A stretch of 64,000 nucleotides of DNA from a bacterium (GCA_037446635.1 JBBIIG010000002.1:32001-96000), one strand, 5' to 3'. Counted from the first letter of the stretch, positions 10,493 through 21,147 are shown. Made by a program: numbers and translations. The notes: generated by a model not told the origin, from the sequence alone.

Positions 10493-11506
10493 ATGTTTAT
10501 CGATCACGTCAGAATTCGGGTGAAAGCGGGCAACGGCGGCAGCGGCTGCGTCAGTTTTCGCCGCGAGAAGTTCCGCCCCAAAGGCGGCCCGGACGGCGGC
10601 GACGGCGGACACGGCGGCAGCATTTACATCGCCGCTGACCCGCGGCTCTCCACCCTGCTCGATTTCAAATATCACCCCAATTTCAAAGCCGAAAGCGCCG
10701 AACACGGCAAAGGCTCTAATCAGCACGGCAAAGGCGGCGCGGACTTGATTTTAAAAGTTCCAGTGGGAACCGTGATCAAAGACGGTGCAACCGGCGCGGT
10801 TCTGGCCGATTTGATTGCGCCCAACCAAAGCGTGCTCGTGGCGAAAGGCGGCCGCGGCGGCCGCGGCAATGCGCGTTTTGTGAGTCCAACCAACCAGGCG
10901 CCGCGCCATTGGGAGCCGGGGGAATTTGGCGAGGAGAGAGAGCTCGAGCTGGAGCTGAAGCTGATCGCCGATGTTGGGCTGGTGGGTCTGCCCAACGCCG
11001 GCAAGTCCACCCTGTTGTCGAAGCTTTCCGCCGCGCGCCCGAAAATTGCCGATTATCCTTTCACCACGTTGAAACCCAATTTAGGAATCGTCAAACACCG
11101 CGATCACGACAGCTTCGTGATGGCCGATATTCCTGGTCTCATTGAAGGCGCTCATCTCGGCAAGGGTTTGGGGATGGAATTTCTGCGCCACATTGAGCGC
11201 ACCTCCGTGCTGGTGTTTTTGCTGGATTGCACCAGCGAAAACCTCGAGCGCGATTATCATACGCTGTGTGAGGAGCTGCGGCACTATAAATCCGAGCTGC
11301 TGGCGCGGCCGCAAATTGTCGCCATTACCAAAATAGATTTGCAGCCGCAAACGGACTTGGTCCGCTTCGAGAAAAAAATAGCGGCTCCGGTTTGCAAAAT
11401 TTCCAGCGTGAGCGGCGAAGGGCTGGCCCATTTGAAAGAATTAATTTGGCAGCAACTTCAACTTATAAAATCCAATTCTCAAAAACGGGTCGAATATGCG
11501 GAGTGA
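10493..11506 (+). CDS. obgE: GTPase ObgE/CgtA
   Basis: MFIDHVRIRVKAGNGGSGCVSFRREK, GLPNAGKST, DIPGLIEGA. Confidence 0.97.
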   Translation: MFIDHVRIRVKAGNGGSGCVSFRREKFRPKGGPDGGDGGHGGSIYIAADPRLSTLLDFKYHPNFKAESAEHGKGSNQHGKGGADLILKVPVGTVIKDGATGAVLADLIAPNQSVLVAKGGRGGRGNARFVSPTNQAPRHWEPGEFGEERELELELKLIADVGLVGLPNAGKSTLLSKLSAARPKIADYPFTTLKPNLGIVKHRDHDSFVMADIPGLIEGAHLGKGLGMEFLRHIERTSVLVFLLDCTSENLERDYHTLCEELRHYKSELLARPQIVAITKIDLQPQTDLVRFEKKIAAPVCKISSVSGEGLAHLKELIWQQLQLIKSNSQKRVEYAE

Positions 11507-12593
11507 GCACGAGGCTTTGCTGTGGCTGAGCGCCGCGCCGTTGGTTGGCTCCGGTAAACTACGCGCGCTGGTGGGACGGTTTCGTTCCGCGGAAAAAGTT
11601 TTGTCGGCGTCGAAAAAGGATTTGATGTCGGTGGATGGCATCGATGTCAAAACCGCCGAAAGCATCCAGTCGTTTGACGGCGCTGCGTTTGTAAAAGATC
11701 AAAGCGCGCGCTTGATTCGCGCCGACGCCCGGCTCATCTCGTTTTGGGATGCAGACTATCCCGACGCGCTCAAGCAAATTTATGATCCGCCGGCGTTTCT
11801 GTTCGTGAAAGGGGATCTGAAAAAAGAAGATGCGTTTTCGATTGCGATTGTCGGAACGCGCCAACCCAGCAATTACGGCAAGCTGGTGACCGAGCGCTTC
11901 ACTCGCGAGCTGACCCAGGCGGGTTTTGCGATTGTCAGCGGGCTGGCGTACGGCGTCGATACCCTTGCCCACAAAGTTGCGGTGGAAGCCGGCGGCCGCA
12001 CCATCGCGGTGCTGGGTTCGGGCGTTGATGTCATTTATCCAAATGAAAACCGCGGGTTGGCCAAAAAGATTGCCAGCTCCGGGGCGCTGGTTTCGGAATT
12101 TCCCCTGGGAACCGATCCCGACCGCAACAATTTTCCCCGCCGCAATCGCATCATCTGCGGCCTGAGTTTGGGCACGCTGGTGATTGAAGCCGGCGCCAAA
12201 AGCGGCGCGCTGATCACCGCCGCCATGGCCCTCGACCAGGGCCGCGAGGTGTTCGCCGTTCCCGGCAACATCGACAGCCCAAAAAGCATCGGCGCCAATG
12301 CGCTCATCAAGCAGGGCGCGAAACTGGCGGCTTCAGTGCAGGATATTTTGGAGGAAATTCAGCCGCAATTTAAGCTGAATTTGCAGTTTGAGAAAAAGCA
12401 GCAGGAGGAGTTGAATTTGCCCGAGCCAGAAAAAATCATCTTCAACCTTATCACCAACGAACCCAAGCACATTGATGCTATTGCTGCTGCCAGCGGCCAA
12501 CCCACTTCGCTCACCCTCTCGCGGCTGCTCTCTTTGGAGTTGAAGAATTTAGTGCGGCAATTGCCGGGGAAATATTTTGTGCGGTTTTTTTGA
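11496..12593 (+). CDS. dprA: DNA-processing protein DprA
   Basis: IVGTR, VSGLAYGVD, FPRRNRII, VFAVPG motifs; C-terminal winged helix. Confidence 0.96.
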   Translation: MRSEHEALLWLSAAPLVGSGKLRALVGRFRSAEKVLSASKKDLMSVDGIDVKTAESIQSFDGAAFVKDQSARLIRADARLISFWDADYPDALKQIYDPPAFLFVKGDLKKEDAFSIAIVGTRQPSNYGKLVTERFTRELTQAGFAIVSGLAYGVDTLAHKVAVEAGGRTIAVLGSGVDVIYPNENRGLAKKIASSGALVSEFPLGTDPDRNNFPRRNRIICGLSLGTLVIEAGAKSGALITAAMALDQGREVFAVPGNIDSPKSIGANALIKQGAKLAASVQDILEEIQPQFKLNLQFEKKQQEELNLPEPEKIIFNLITNEPKHIDAIAAASGQPTSLTLSRLLSLELKNLVRQLPGKYFVRFF

Positions 12594-12652
12594 TGCTTTT
12601 TAAAAATCTCGTGCTCTTCGTGTACTTGGTGGTGAATCAATAAGCCGACGCC

Positions 12653-14338
12653 TCAGCTTTGGGTTTTCTTTTCGATTTTGGCCCAAGTATCTCGCAGCGT
12701 CACGGCACGGTTGAAGACCAACTTCTGCGGCCGCGAATCTTTATCGACGCAAAAATACCCCAACCGCTCGAATTGGTAGCGGCTTCCGGGCGCGACGCTC
12801 GCTAAACTCGATTCCACTCGGCAATCGCTGAGGACTTGCAGCGAGTTGGGATTCAAATCCTCTTTGAAATCGCGGCCCCCTTCACCCGGAACCGCTTTTG
12901 TGAAGAGATGGTCGTAAAGCCGAACTTCGGCCTTTATCGCCTGCGCCGCCGACACCCAGTGAATGGTTCCCTTCACTTTGCGGCCGTCGGGGGCGTCGCC
13001 GCCGCGAGTTTGGGGATCGTACGTGCAGTGAATTTCCACCACTCGGCCGGTTTTATCCTTAATTACATCCACGCATTTGATGAAATAAGCGTAGCGCAGC
13101 CGTACTTCTACTCCGGGCGAGAGACGGAAATATTTCGGCGGCGGGTTCTCGCGAAAATCGTCCTGTTCGATATACAGCTCCCGTGAAAACGGAACGCTGC
13201 GCGTGCCCATCGCCGGATCTTCGGGATTGTTCACCGCGGGCAGTTCTTCCACTTTGCCCTCGGGATAATTTTCGATGACCACTTTCAGGGGCCGCAGCAC
13301 CGCCATCACCCGCGGCGCGCGCTGGTTCAAATCTTCCCGCAGGCAGTGCTCCAGCAGGGCAATGTCCACCAGGTTGTCGGCCCGCGCAACTCCGATGCGT
13401 TCGCAAAAATTGCGAATGGCCTCCGGGGTGTAGCCTCGCCGCCGCAGGCCGGCAAGGGTGGGCATCCGAGGGTCGTCCCAACCGGCCACATGACTGCCTT
13501 CGACTAATTCCAGCAACTTGCGTTTGCTCATCACGGTGTGGCTGAGGTTGAGGCGGGCGAACTCGATTTGTTGGGGATGATGAATTCCGAGGTTGTCGAT
13601 GAACCAGTCGTAGAGCGGCCGGTGGTCTTCAAACTCCAGCGTGCAAATCGAGTGGGTGATCTTTTCGATGGCATCGGACTGCCCGTGCGCCCAGTCGTAA
13701 GTGGGATAAATGCACCACTTGTCGCCGGTGCGGTGATGTTCCGCGTGCAGAATGCGGTACATCACCGGGTCACGCAGGTTGATGTTGCCGGAAGCCATGT
13801 CGATTTTGGCGCGCAGGGTGCGCGCGCCGTCCGGAAATTCTCCTTTGCGCATTCTCTCGAACAAATCGAGACTCTCTTCCACCGAGCGGTTGCGATAGGG
13901 ACTTTCTTTGCCGGGCTTGGTCAGCGTGCCGCGGTACTCGCGGATTTCCTCGGCGCTGAGATCGTCCACGTAGGCTTTGCCGGCTTTAATGAGCTGAATG
14001 GCGAACTCGTAAAGCTGATCAAAATAGTCGGAAGCGTAATAAAGGTGCTCACCCCAATCGAACCCCAGCCAGCGTACGTCTGCCATGATCGAATCAACGT
14101 ATTCCTGCTCTTCTTTGGTGGGATTGGTGTCGTCGAATCGCAGGTGGCAGACGCCGCCATAGTCGCGCGCGAGGCCAAAATTCAAGCAGATGGATTTGGC
14201 GTGGCCGATGTGCAAATAGCCGTTGGGTTCCGGCGGAAAGCGCGTCGCCACCCGGCCGCCATATTTGTTGGTTTCGAGATCTTGGTCGATGATATCGCGA
14301 ATGAAGTTCGACGGGGCTTTGGTTTCGATTTCGGGCAT
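12653..14338 (-). CDS. glnS: Glutamine--tRNA ligase
   Basis: [32 protein letters not shown]; likely start MPEIETK at 14338 (ORF track extension overlaps the upstream gene). Confidence 0.96.
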   Translation of the reverse strand: MPEIETKAPSNFIRDIIDQDLETNKYGGRVATRFPPEPNGYLHIGHAKSICLNFGLARDYGGVCHLRFDDTNPTKEEQEYVDSIMADVRWLGFDWGEHLYYASDYFDQLYEFAIQLIKAGKAYVDDLSAEEIREYRGTLTKPGKESPYRNRSVEESLDLFERMRKGEFPDGARTLRAKIDMASGNINLRDPVMYRILHAEHHRTGDKWCIYPTYDWAHGQSDAIEKITHSICTLEFEDHRPLYDWFIDNLGIHHPQQIEFARLNLSHTVMSKRKLLELVEGSHVAGWDDPRMPTLAGLRRRGYTPEAIRNFCERIGVARADNLVDIALLEHCLREDLNQRAPRVMAVLRPLKVVIENYPEGKVEELPAVNNPEDPAMGTRSVPFSRELYIEQDDFRENPPPKYFRLSPGVEVRLRYAYFIKCVDVIKDKTGRVVEIHCTYDPQTRGGDAPDGRKVKGTIHWVSAAQAIKAEVRLYDHLFTKAVPGEGGRDFKEDLNPNSLQVLSDCRVESSLASVAPGSRYQFERLGYFCVDKDSRPQKLVFNRAVTLRDTWAKIEKKTQS

Positions 14339-14409
14339 AGTCGCTTTTACCTCTTTCATCAAATGCCATTTCTTATTTACAAAACAGAAGCGCGCGCTGG
14401 CTTTACGCT

Positions 14410-14985
14410 CTACGCTTTTTGCGCCGCGGGCCGGGTCATCCAAGCCAAAACCAGACCGCCTAAAAACCAGCCGATGACGTGATCCGCCATGTAAGCCAGC
14501 GTGTAGCTGGTGGGAAAGCCGTACCAGTTCCAATAGGAGAGGTCGATCTCCAGTCCGGCGAAGAGGCCGAACAGGGCGACAAACCCGGCCTTGCCAACGA
14601 ATCCTCCCAAATTGCCCACAACCTTGCTTAACACAAACGCGGCCACCAAACCGGCGAGGATGTTGGTGAGAAGCTCGGTAACGAATTTGCTCGGCGGCAT
14701 CGGCTCCCCGCCCAGGGGTTGGTAAATTATGACGCCGGCCGGGCCAGTGCGATACTTTTCCGTCCAGGCCGCTGTCGCTTCTTTAGAAGCGCTGTGGTCG
14801 ATCCACGGGAAAAAATAGAAGCCGGGTTCGGCGACATTTTCTTTCAAAACGGTGAGCACGGCCTCTTCGTTGGATAAACTTTTGATGCCGGTTTCACCCA
14901 GTCCCAGCACCATGTGGGAAATGGCGCCCCAAACAAACACGGCTACCCCCGCTAAAATTCCTCCCAGTACTAATTTTTTAGACAT
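14410..14985 (-). CDS. Hypothetical integral membrane protein
   Basis: ATG with GGAGG RBS; about four hydrophobic segments. Confidence 0.75.
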   Translation of the reverse strand: MSKKLVLGGILAGVAVFVWGAISHMVLGLGETGIKSLSNEEAVLTVLKENVAEPGFYFFPWIDHSASKEATAAWTEKYRTGPAGVIIYQPLGGEPMPPSKFVTELLTNILAGLVAAFVLSKVVGNLGGFVGKAGFVALFGLFAGLEIDLSYWNWYGFPTSYTLAYMADHVIGWFLGGLVLAWMTRPAAQKA

Positions 14986-15051
14986 ATTCTCCTCCAGCCG
15001 TTTAAAATTGTTGGAATATAGTTAAATCAAGCTAAAGACGCAACTGAGCTT

Positions 15052-15459
15052 TTATTTATGTTGCGTAAGACTGAACCAGTTGCCGGAATTATCTTTGAAA
15101 ACGGCCTCGACGCCGTAGGGCCGCTCCTGCGGCTCGGACAGAAATTCCACGCCGTTGCGTTTCAACTCTTCATAAGTTTTGCGGCAGTCTTGGGTCTCGA
15201 ACACGCCGGCGCCTAACACGCCTTTGCGTACAATTTCCTGCAATTGGTTGGCGGTGGCTTCGTCCCACACCATACCTGGGCGAATTTCCATCAGCACGAT
15301 TTCCAGCTCCGGCTGTTCTTTGGGACCAACGGTCAGCCAGCGGAAGTCACCCATGCGGGCATCCGTGCGCACCTCGAAGCCTAATTTTTTGGTGTAAAAT
15401 TCTAAAGCCTCGTCCTGGTTCAGAACATAGACAGTCGTGTGCGACATTCTTTGAATCAT
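15052..15459 (-). CDS. VOC (glyoxalase/bleomycin resistance) family protein
   Basis: VYVLNQDEALEFYTKKLGF ... ERPYGVEAVFKDNSGNW; ATG 15459 with GGAGGTG RBS. Confidence 0.9.
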   Translation of the reverse strand: MIQRMSHTTVYVLNQDEALEFYTKKLGFEVRTDARMGDFRWLTVGPKEQPELEIVLMEIRPGMVWDEATANQLQEIVRKGVLGAGVFETQDCRKTYEELKRNGVEFLSEPQERPYGVEAVFKDNSGNWFSLTQHK

Positions 15460-15556
15460 AGTCACCTCCGGGTTTAATTCTTGGGATGAGATTTTTTTGG
15501 TGAGAAGATAGGTTTCGGCGGGAAATTTTGCTACTCGAAAATTGCTAAGTTGGATC

Positions 15557-15690
15557 GAGGCTGTCCCAAAAGTCGATTTTTTGTTGATGGTCATGCCTAA
15601 ATGCTTTTATTGGACAGCCAGTTTGTGGCCGCAGAAGACTCCCGCTAAAAACATGCGGGAGTGACAGATTGATATTTTTTGCACAGCTCC
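15557..15690. repeat. MITE-like element copy 1 (imperfect GGCTGTCCCAAAA ends, internal GTCATGCC...GCGGGAGTGAC palindrome pair)
   Basis: Core 15590-15660 is identical to 16158-16228. Confidence 0.75.
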
Positions 15691-15698
15691 AGTTATCT

Positions 15699-16106
15699 TC
15701 ACGCGGCTCCGGTAAAAACCGTTTTCTCATCCACAAAACAGAGGGGATTGCCAAACGGATCGATAGCGTAGAAACAGCGCTCGCCCCACGGCCGGGTCGC
15801 GATTTCCCCCATCGGCAAGCCGCCGTCGCCGATTTCCGTGGAGAGGGCGCCTAATTTTTCAACGCGTTGGTAAACGGCTTCGAGATCCGCCACGGCAAAA
15901 TAGCAATGCTCCTGATTGACCCGCGCGTAAAAGTCGTCGCCGTCGGCGCGCGGGTCGTAGCAAGCGAGGATGACGCCGGCGCAATCGAAGTAATGCCGGC
16001 CATTTGAGACGCGCTGGCCTTTGATTCCCAACGCCGCCGTGTAAAACGCTTCGGCTTCATCGATGTTGAAAACCGGCAAAATGACGCGGTAGAGTTTGGG
16101 GGGCAT
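15699..16106 (-). CDS. VOC family protein
   Basis: IDEAEAFYTAALG ... RPWGERCFYAIDPFGNPL. Confidence 0.88.
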   Translation of the reverse strand: MPPKLYRVILPVFNIDEAEAFYTAALGIKGQRVSNGRHYFDCAGVILACYDPRADGDDFYARVNQEHCYFAVADLEAVYQRVEKLGALSTEIGDGGLPMGEIATRPWGERCFYAIDPFGNPLCFVDEKTVFTGAA

Positions 16107-16130
16107 TTTTGTTTCCTTTCTTTTTTCGTT

Positions 16131-16262
16131 AAGGGGCTTTCAAAATGCCAGCTTTCTGTCATGCCTAAATGCTTTTATTGGACAGCCAGTTTGTGGCCGC
16201 AGAAGACTCCCGCTAAAAACATGCGGGAAGAACAGCCACGCGACCCCCTTTTTGGACAACCC
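16131..16262. repeat. MITE-like element copy 2
   Basis: 71-bp core identical to copy 1; ends ggggctttcaaaa / ttttggacaaccc. Confidence 0.75.
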
Positions 16263-16271
16263 GTGAGTTAA

Positions 16272-16727
16272 TTATTGCGCAGTTTTGACGCCAAACATTT
16301 TCAGAAAACAGGCCGGCGCCGCCAACTCCGGCATCTGCGCAGCCGCTTGCTTGCGTTTGGCTATATGAGTTCGATAAAGATTGGGAGGAAGTCCAACGTG
16401 TCTGTGAAAGAGGCTGCAAAACGAGCCCACGCTTTCGAACCCCACCTCGAAACAGATTTCGGTGACGGAAAGATTGGTCGCGGCCAGCAGTTGCTTGGCG
16501 CCCTCGATGCGGCGCCGCGTGAGATATTGGTGCGGGGTTTGGTTAAAAATTTTCCGAAACACCCGCAGAAAATGATAGCGGGAAAAATGCGCCTGCCGGG
16601 AAATTTGCTGGAGATCGAGCGGGCGGTGGAACGACTGGTCGATGAACTTGCGGGCGCGGTAAACCCGCCGGTAAACTTCCGATTTCCCAGCGCCGGTCTG
16701 GGCGGCTATGTGAAAGCTCGGATTCAT
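16272..16727 (-). CDS. AraC-family transcriptional regulator (HTH-only)
   Basis: SRYHFLRVFRKIFNQTPHQYL ... SVTEICFEVGFESVGSF. Confidence 0.92.
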   Translation of the reverse strand: MNPSFHIAAQTGAGKSEVYRRVYRARKFIDQSFHRPLDLQQISRQAHFSRYHFLRVFRKIFNQTPHQYLTRRRIEGAKQLLAATNLSVTEICFEVGFESVGSFCSLFHRHVGLPPNLYRTHIAKRKQAAAQMPELAAPACFLKMFGVKTAQ

Positions 16728-16736
16728 GGTTGGCGC

Positions 16737-16796
16737 AAGCTAATAAAAAATGTTTTCTTTGTCAATATTGACAATCTGCTTTAATTTGCTTATTGT
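16737..16796. promoter_or_regulatory. Back-to-back divergent sigma70 promoters sharing the palindrome TTGTCAATATTGACAA
   Basis: + strand TTGACA-17-TATTGT; - strand TTGACA-17-TAGCTT just upstream of the AraC ATG. Confidence 0.55.
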
Positions 16797-16850
16797 AAGC
16801 CGATTTCAAAATCATCCATTTTATCAACTTTCAATCACAGGAGGAGGGAG

Positions 16851-17180
16851 ATGAACGCCGAAATGAGCACCACGGTTTTTTGGGGAATTTTTGCAGTGGG
16901 TTTCGTTTTTGGTTATCTGCTTTATTATGCCGTTCGGCACACCAAGGAATTTAACGCCGATATGCTGGTGGTGGCCATCGGTGCCGTGGGCGGGGCCGTC
17001 GTCATCGGATTGGTGGGAAGGCACGACGACTGGATCGGCCCCTACGGAATTGGCTTGGCCGCTGGCTTCCTTTTTTATTTCATCCTTTCGATAATTTTAA
17101 TTGCCACCGGCCTGTTCGAAAAATTTTCCAGCGTCGGCATCCTCAGCAAAACTCTGCTGGGAGCGCCCCGAAGTGAATAA
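16851..17180 (+). CDS. Small hypothetical membrane protein (about 3 TM)
   Basis: GGAGGAGG RBS; hydrophobic Gly-rich helices. Confidence 0.75.
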   Translation: MNAEMSTTVFWGIFAVGFVFGYLLYYAVRHTKEFNADMLVVAIGAVGGAVVIGLVGRHDDWIGPYGIGLAAGFLFYFILSIILIATGLFEKFSSVGILSKTLLGAPRSE

Positions 17181-17203
17181 TAAAATGCACAAGGAATTTT
17201 AGT

Positions 17204-17698
17204 ATGATAAAAAATGGATTAGCTATTTCAATGCTTTGCGTTTTTCTCATCGGTTGTCAGGGTGCAGGCGAGCAACCAAGCCCGGCAACCAGCCAGACGG
17301 CGACGACTACCGGCCCGCAAATTGTGAAGATTCCCATTTCATCCCCGGCGCAAGTGGACAGCCTGCGCCAACGCGGCATCGAGATTCTGGTGGCGGAGGA
17401 AACCTACGTTGCCGCGCGGCTGGCGCCCGAGGAAGAAGTCAAAGTTCAAGGGCTGCAATTGAAAACCGAACCCATCCAGGAAGCGGAACTGGTGCAGCGG
17501 CTGGTGCGGATTTCCGGCGTGGATAAAGCGCGGCTGCAGGAGCTGGTGGATCTCGGCATCGACGTGTGGGAAGTGGAGGAAGGCGCCGTCACCGCGCAGG
17601 TGTTCGACAAACACATTTGGGAAATGCAGCAGCGCGGTTTTACCGTCGAGATTCTTGAGCGCAACGTACAAGATGTGGTGAGGAAAGCGCAAAAGTAG
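17204..17698 (+). CDS. Lipoprotein resembling the M14 carboxypeptidase propeptide (two repeats)
   Basis: Lipobox LIGC; repeats LRQRGIEILVAEE.. and LVDLGIDVWEVEE.. Confidence 0.6.
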   Translation: MIKNGLAISMLCVFLIGCQGAGEQPSPATSQTATTTGPQIVKIPISSPAQVDSLRQRGIEILVAEETYVAARLAPEEEVKVQGLQLKTEPIQEAELVQRLVRISGVDKARLQELVDLGIDVWEVEEGAVTAQVFDKHIWEMQQRGFTVEILERNVQDVVRKAQK

Positions 17699-17789
17699 TT
17701 AATGCAAAATTCAAATAGCAAAATGAAAAATGCAAATTTGAGTTCTGCAATTTGCATTTTGCATTCAACTTAAGAAGGAGATTAGGCTT

Positions 17790-18797
17790 GTGAATAGATC
17801 GTCAATAAAGATGCTCGTAATTGCTGCAGCCACTTTTACGATGGCCGGCACTTGTCAGCCGCCCGGAGCGCCTGACGCCGGTTTGTATCACACGTATGAG
17901 GAGATCGAAAAGGAGCTGCACGATTTACAGTCGGATCATCCCAGCATCGCCAAAGTTTTTGATTTGGGGAAGTCGGTGGAGAACCGCTCGATTTGGGCGA
18001 TCAAAATCAGCGACAATGTTGCAGTCGAGGAGGATGAGCCGGAGATTCTGTTCGTCGGCGGGCATCACGCCCGCGAGTGGATTGCCATCGACGTGCCGTT
18101 TCTGCTGGCAAAATATCTTCTCGAAAACTACGACAGCGATCCGAAAATTAAGAGCTACGTGGACAACGGCGAAATCTGGATCGTGCCGCTGCTCAATCCC
18201 GACGGCCACCAGTATTCGGTGACCAGCAATCGGCTGTGGCGCAAAAATCGCCGCAACAACGGCGACGGCACCTTCGGCGTGGATTTGAATCGCAACTATG
18301 GTTTCCAGTGGGGCGGGCCCGGTTCCAGCGGCGACACCTTCAGCGAAATCTATCGCGGCCCGGCTCCGTTCTCCGAGCCCGAGACTCAAGTCATTCGCAA
18401 CTTCGCGCAGCAGCATAATTTTGTCGCCATGTTGAGTTATCATAATTTTTCACAGTTGGTGCTGTATCCCTGGGGCTATACCAGCAGTCCCGCACCCGAC
18501 AAAGCCCTGCTGCACGAGCTGGCGCAAACCATGGCCGACAGCATTTTCAACGTGCACGGCAAAACCTATGTCGCCGAGCAAAGCTCCGATCTCTATCTTG
18601 CCAGCGGCGACGCCACCGACTGGCTCTACGGCGAAACCACGGCGCCGTCGTACACCATCGAGCTGCGGCCCGCCTCCACGTTTCCGGGTTTTGAGTTACC
18701 GGAAAGTGAGATCATCCCAACCTTTGAAGAGAATTTGCCGGCGGCGCTGTTTTTGATCGAGTGGAGCCAGGCCAACGCGCGCTTGATTACGCTGTAG
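17790..18797 (+). CDS. Zinc carboxypeptidase, peptidase M14 (carboxypeptidase T-like), probable lipoprotein
   Basis: HHAREW, WRKNRR, GVDLNRNY, SYHNFSQ, YTIELRP; AGGAG RBS. Confidence 0.93.
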   Translation: MNRSSIKMLVIAAATFTMAGTCQPPGAPDAGLYHTYEEIEKELHDLQSDHPSIAKVFDLGKSVENRSIWAIKISDNVAVEEDEPEILFVGGHHAREWIAIDVPFLLAKYLLENYDSDPKIKSYVDNGEIWIVPLLNPDGHQYSVTSNRLWRKNRRNNGDGTFGVDLNRNYGFQWGGPGSSGDTFSEIYRGPAPFSEPETQVIRNFAQQHNFVAMLSYHNFSQLVLYPWGYTSSPAPDKALLHELAQTMADSIFNVHGKTYVAEQSSDLYLASGDATDWLYGETTAPSYTIELRPASTFPGFELPESEIIPTFEENLPAALFLIEWSQANARLITL

Positions 18798-18949
18798 GTT
18801 GCGCGAAGCAGTTCCCTACCACCTTGAAGCACCGAATGACACTGAAAACACCGAAGATAGTTGATAGAAAAAGCCGTTTTTTCTAAAGAATTTCAGTGAT
18901 ATTCGGTGTTTTCGGTGTTCAATGATTGGTGGATTATTGGGCGGGTTTA

Positions 18950-19528
18950 TTATTTGGGGGCGAATTCAACGCGGTTGTAAATGGCCTGCAAAGGAATGGT
19001 CAAATCGACGGCGGCTAATTTCAATTCATTGTGAACGTCGTTATATTCCGTAAGAATCCATTTGCCGGCCTCGATGATCGAAAAATGCTCGACGTGAATT
19101 TTGTACTGATCGACAAGCACGTATTCCTTTAAGGTGGGAATGGCGCGGTAGAATTCAAACTTTTCGCCGCGATCGTAATTCTTGGTTGACTCGGAGAGAA
19201 TCTCAAAAATGATCATCGGGTTGGTGATGGTGTCGTCGCGATTCTCGTAGTATTGCGGTTTGCCGCAAACAATCATCAAGTCAGGATAGGTGAATAAATC
19301 CTTGGATTCAACTTGGAGACGCACATCACTTGCAAATACGTCGCAGCCTTTTTTCGGGAGTTCACGATCCAGAAAAGAAGCCGCATTTAACACTATGCGA
19401 TTATGAGTGGCCGACGTCCCCGCCATCGCGAAGATTTCGCCGCGGTAGTATTCGCTTTTGTACTCCGCGGTTTCCTCGAGAGCTAAATATTCTTCGCGGG
19501 TGAAGTGTTTGGCTGCGGTTTTTTGCAT
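18950..19528 (-). CDS. Uma2-family endonuclease (copy 1)
   Basis: [36 protein letters not shown]. Confidence 0.92.
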   Translation of the reverse strand: MQKTAAKHFTREEYLALEETAEYKSEYYRGEIFAMAGTSATHNRIVLNAASFLDRELPKKGCDVFASDVRLQVESKDLFTYPDLMIVCGKPQYYENRDDTITNPMIIFEILSESTKNYDRGEKFEFYRAIPTLKEYVLVDQYKIHVEHFSIIEAGKWILTEYNDVHNELKLAAVDLTIPLQAIYNRVEFAPK

Positions 19529-19564
19529 GATTGGCTATCCTTTAGAAATCACAATAAGATTTAA

Positions 19565-19922
19565 TCATTTTTTTTCAATGTCAAGACTTTTGCCGAATTC
19601 ATCGAGCATAAAGTAGTGGCTTTCTTCCACGCTGGCGATAAACTCGTGGCCTGTAAATAAATACGTCGGTAGCCAAATCGCAATTCACTAATCTTTTGAG
19701 TTCAAACAGCCGGTCGTAATCGTACAAGTCCGTCTCTTTGATGATGGCCAGATCGATGTCGCTCCACTCGTGCACTTCGCCCGTGGCCAATGAGCCGAAC
19801 AGAATGATTTTCTCCGGCTGGTATTTTTCGATGATGAGCGGCAGGATGCGCGCTAACTCGGCTTTCAGCGCCGTTTCCCGCGCCCGCGCGGTTCGAGAAA
19901 TTTTTTTGTTGGACCTTTGCAT
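19565..19922 (-). pseudogene. Minimal nucleotidyltransferase (MNT) antitoxin, frameshifted near 19646
   Basis: LFGSLATGEVHEWSDIDL motif; family-like C-terminus EFIASVEESHYFMLDEFGK lies in a shifted frame. Confidence 0.65.
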
Positions 19923-20010
19923 TTTTGCTGCAAAAATAGCCAATTGATTTAAATAAATCAAGTCAAACATCCCGTCTTTGGAACTTCGTCTCCGTTTATG
20001 AAAGCTGACG

Positions 20011-21132
20011 CTATTTTTTATTTTCTCTCAGCCGCTTTTGCGCCAACTGATAAGTTCTCTTATCATCTGAGTTTTTGACGCTTTTGTACGCCCGCGCCGC
20101 CTGCTGGCGATCGCCGCGGCGCATGAAACTCTCCGCCTTTTTAAAATTGGCCCGGGCGCGGAATTTTTTTACCTTCGCTTTTGATTGGGAGGCGATTTCG
20201 ACCGTCTCTCCATAATGGAAAACGGCTTTGTGCAATTCGCCGATCTCAAAGTAGAGGTTCCCCAAATTATAATGAATGCCAACTTTGAAGAACGGCAGCA
20301 GCTCATGATTTTGAGTGAGCGCCTGTTGCAAAACGTCGATGGCCTCACTGTGCTGGCCCTGCTTCTGCAGGTTCTCCGCCAGCAGAATTTGAAAACCGGG
20401 ATTCCCCGGATAGAGCCGCGTCAACTCGCGAGCGCACCACAGAGATTTCTCAAAATCGTTTTCCATGTAGAGATAGATGTTTCCCAAAAAGAACAGCGCC
20501 TCCATTTTTGAATAGACGCCCTTTTCCGCCGCGGTGTGCAGCTCCTGCAGCCCGCGCGTTTTGTCGCCGTTGATACCGATCAGGGTCGAAACTGTTTTTA
20601 GCAGTTTCGGCATCACCTCCGCGTAGTAGTGATACAATCCGAGTCCGAGGTAAGCATCGTAGTAATCGGGCGCAAGGGCAACAACTTTTTCAAGATAATG
20701 AATGCCGTCTCGACCATAGTAATAAGCCTTCAGCCAACTCTCCTGTCCGCCGTAAAATGCGGCTTGATATAAATAGGCGGTGCCGAGGTAGAACAGCGCT
20801 TCGATTTTCTTTTCTTTGGCGACGCTCTGTTTTTTTGAAGTCTCGATCGCCTGTGCCATTAGGTTTTTGAATCTGCTTTCGAAGCGCTGCGGGTTTTCAT
20901 CGAATTGCATGCGGTAATAAAAATTCACCGCCTGGAACAGGTAGCCCTGCGGATTCTCCGGCTCGCTTTGGATGAGGCCATCGAAAATTTTGGTGGCTGC
21001 TTCCGTTTGCATCTGGTAGGCGTACTCCATTCCGGCACGCGCCTGTTGTTGGTAGCGATCGTTGGCAAAAATAGGATAGCTCATGCAAACAAAAATTGCC
21101 GCCCAAAAGAATCTTTTTAAATACTTCATCAT
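20011..21132 (-). CDS. Secreted TPR-repeat protein
   Basis: Signal peptide MMKYLKRFFWAAIF; multiple TPR-like repeats. Confidence 0.8.
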   Translation of the reverse strand: MMKYLKRFFWAAIFVCMSYPIFANDRYQQQARAGMEYAYQMQTEAATKIFDGLIQSEPENPQGYLFQAVNFYYRMQFDENPQRFESRFKNLMAQAIETSKKQSVAKEKKIEALFYLGTAYLYQAAFYGGQESWLKAYYYGRDGIHYLEKVVALAPDYYDAYLGLGLYHYYAEVMPKLLKTVSTLIGINGDKTRGLQELHTAAEKGVYSKMEALFFLGNIYLYMENDFEKSLWCARELTRLYPGNPGFQILLAENLQKQGQHSEAIDVLQQALTQNHELLPFFKVGIHYNLGNLYFEIGELHKAVFHYGETVEIASQSKAKVKKFRARANFKKAESFMRRGDRQQAARAYKSVKNSDDKRTYQLAQKRLRENKK

Positions 21133-21147
21133 ATTTTTTGGAATGTC

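Noticed and set aside
14339..14533. N-terminal extension of GlnRS in the ORF track
   Set aside because: Overlaps the upstream membrane gene in another frame; family similarity starts at about MPEIETK
15557..16262. Integron cassette array or CRISPR array
   Set aside because: Only two copies, no RYYYAAC/GTTRRRY ends, no integrase or cas genes, and the spacer is a whole gene
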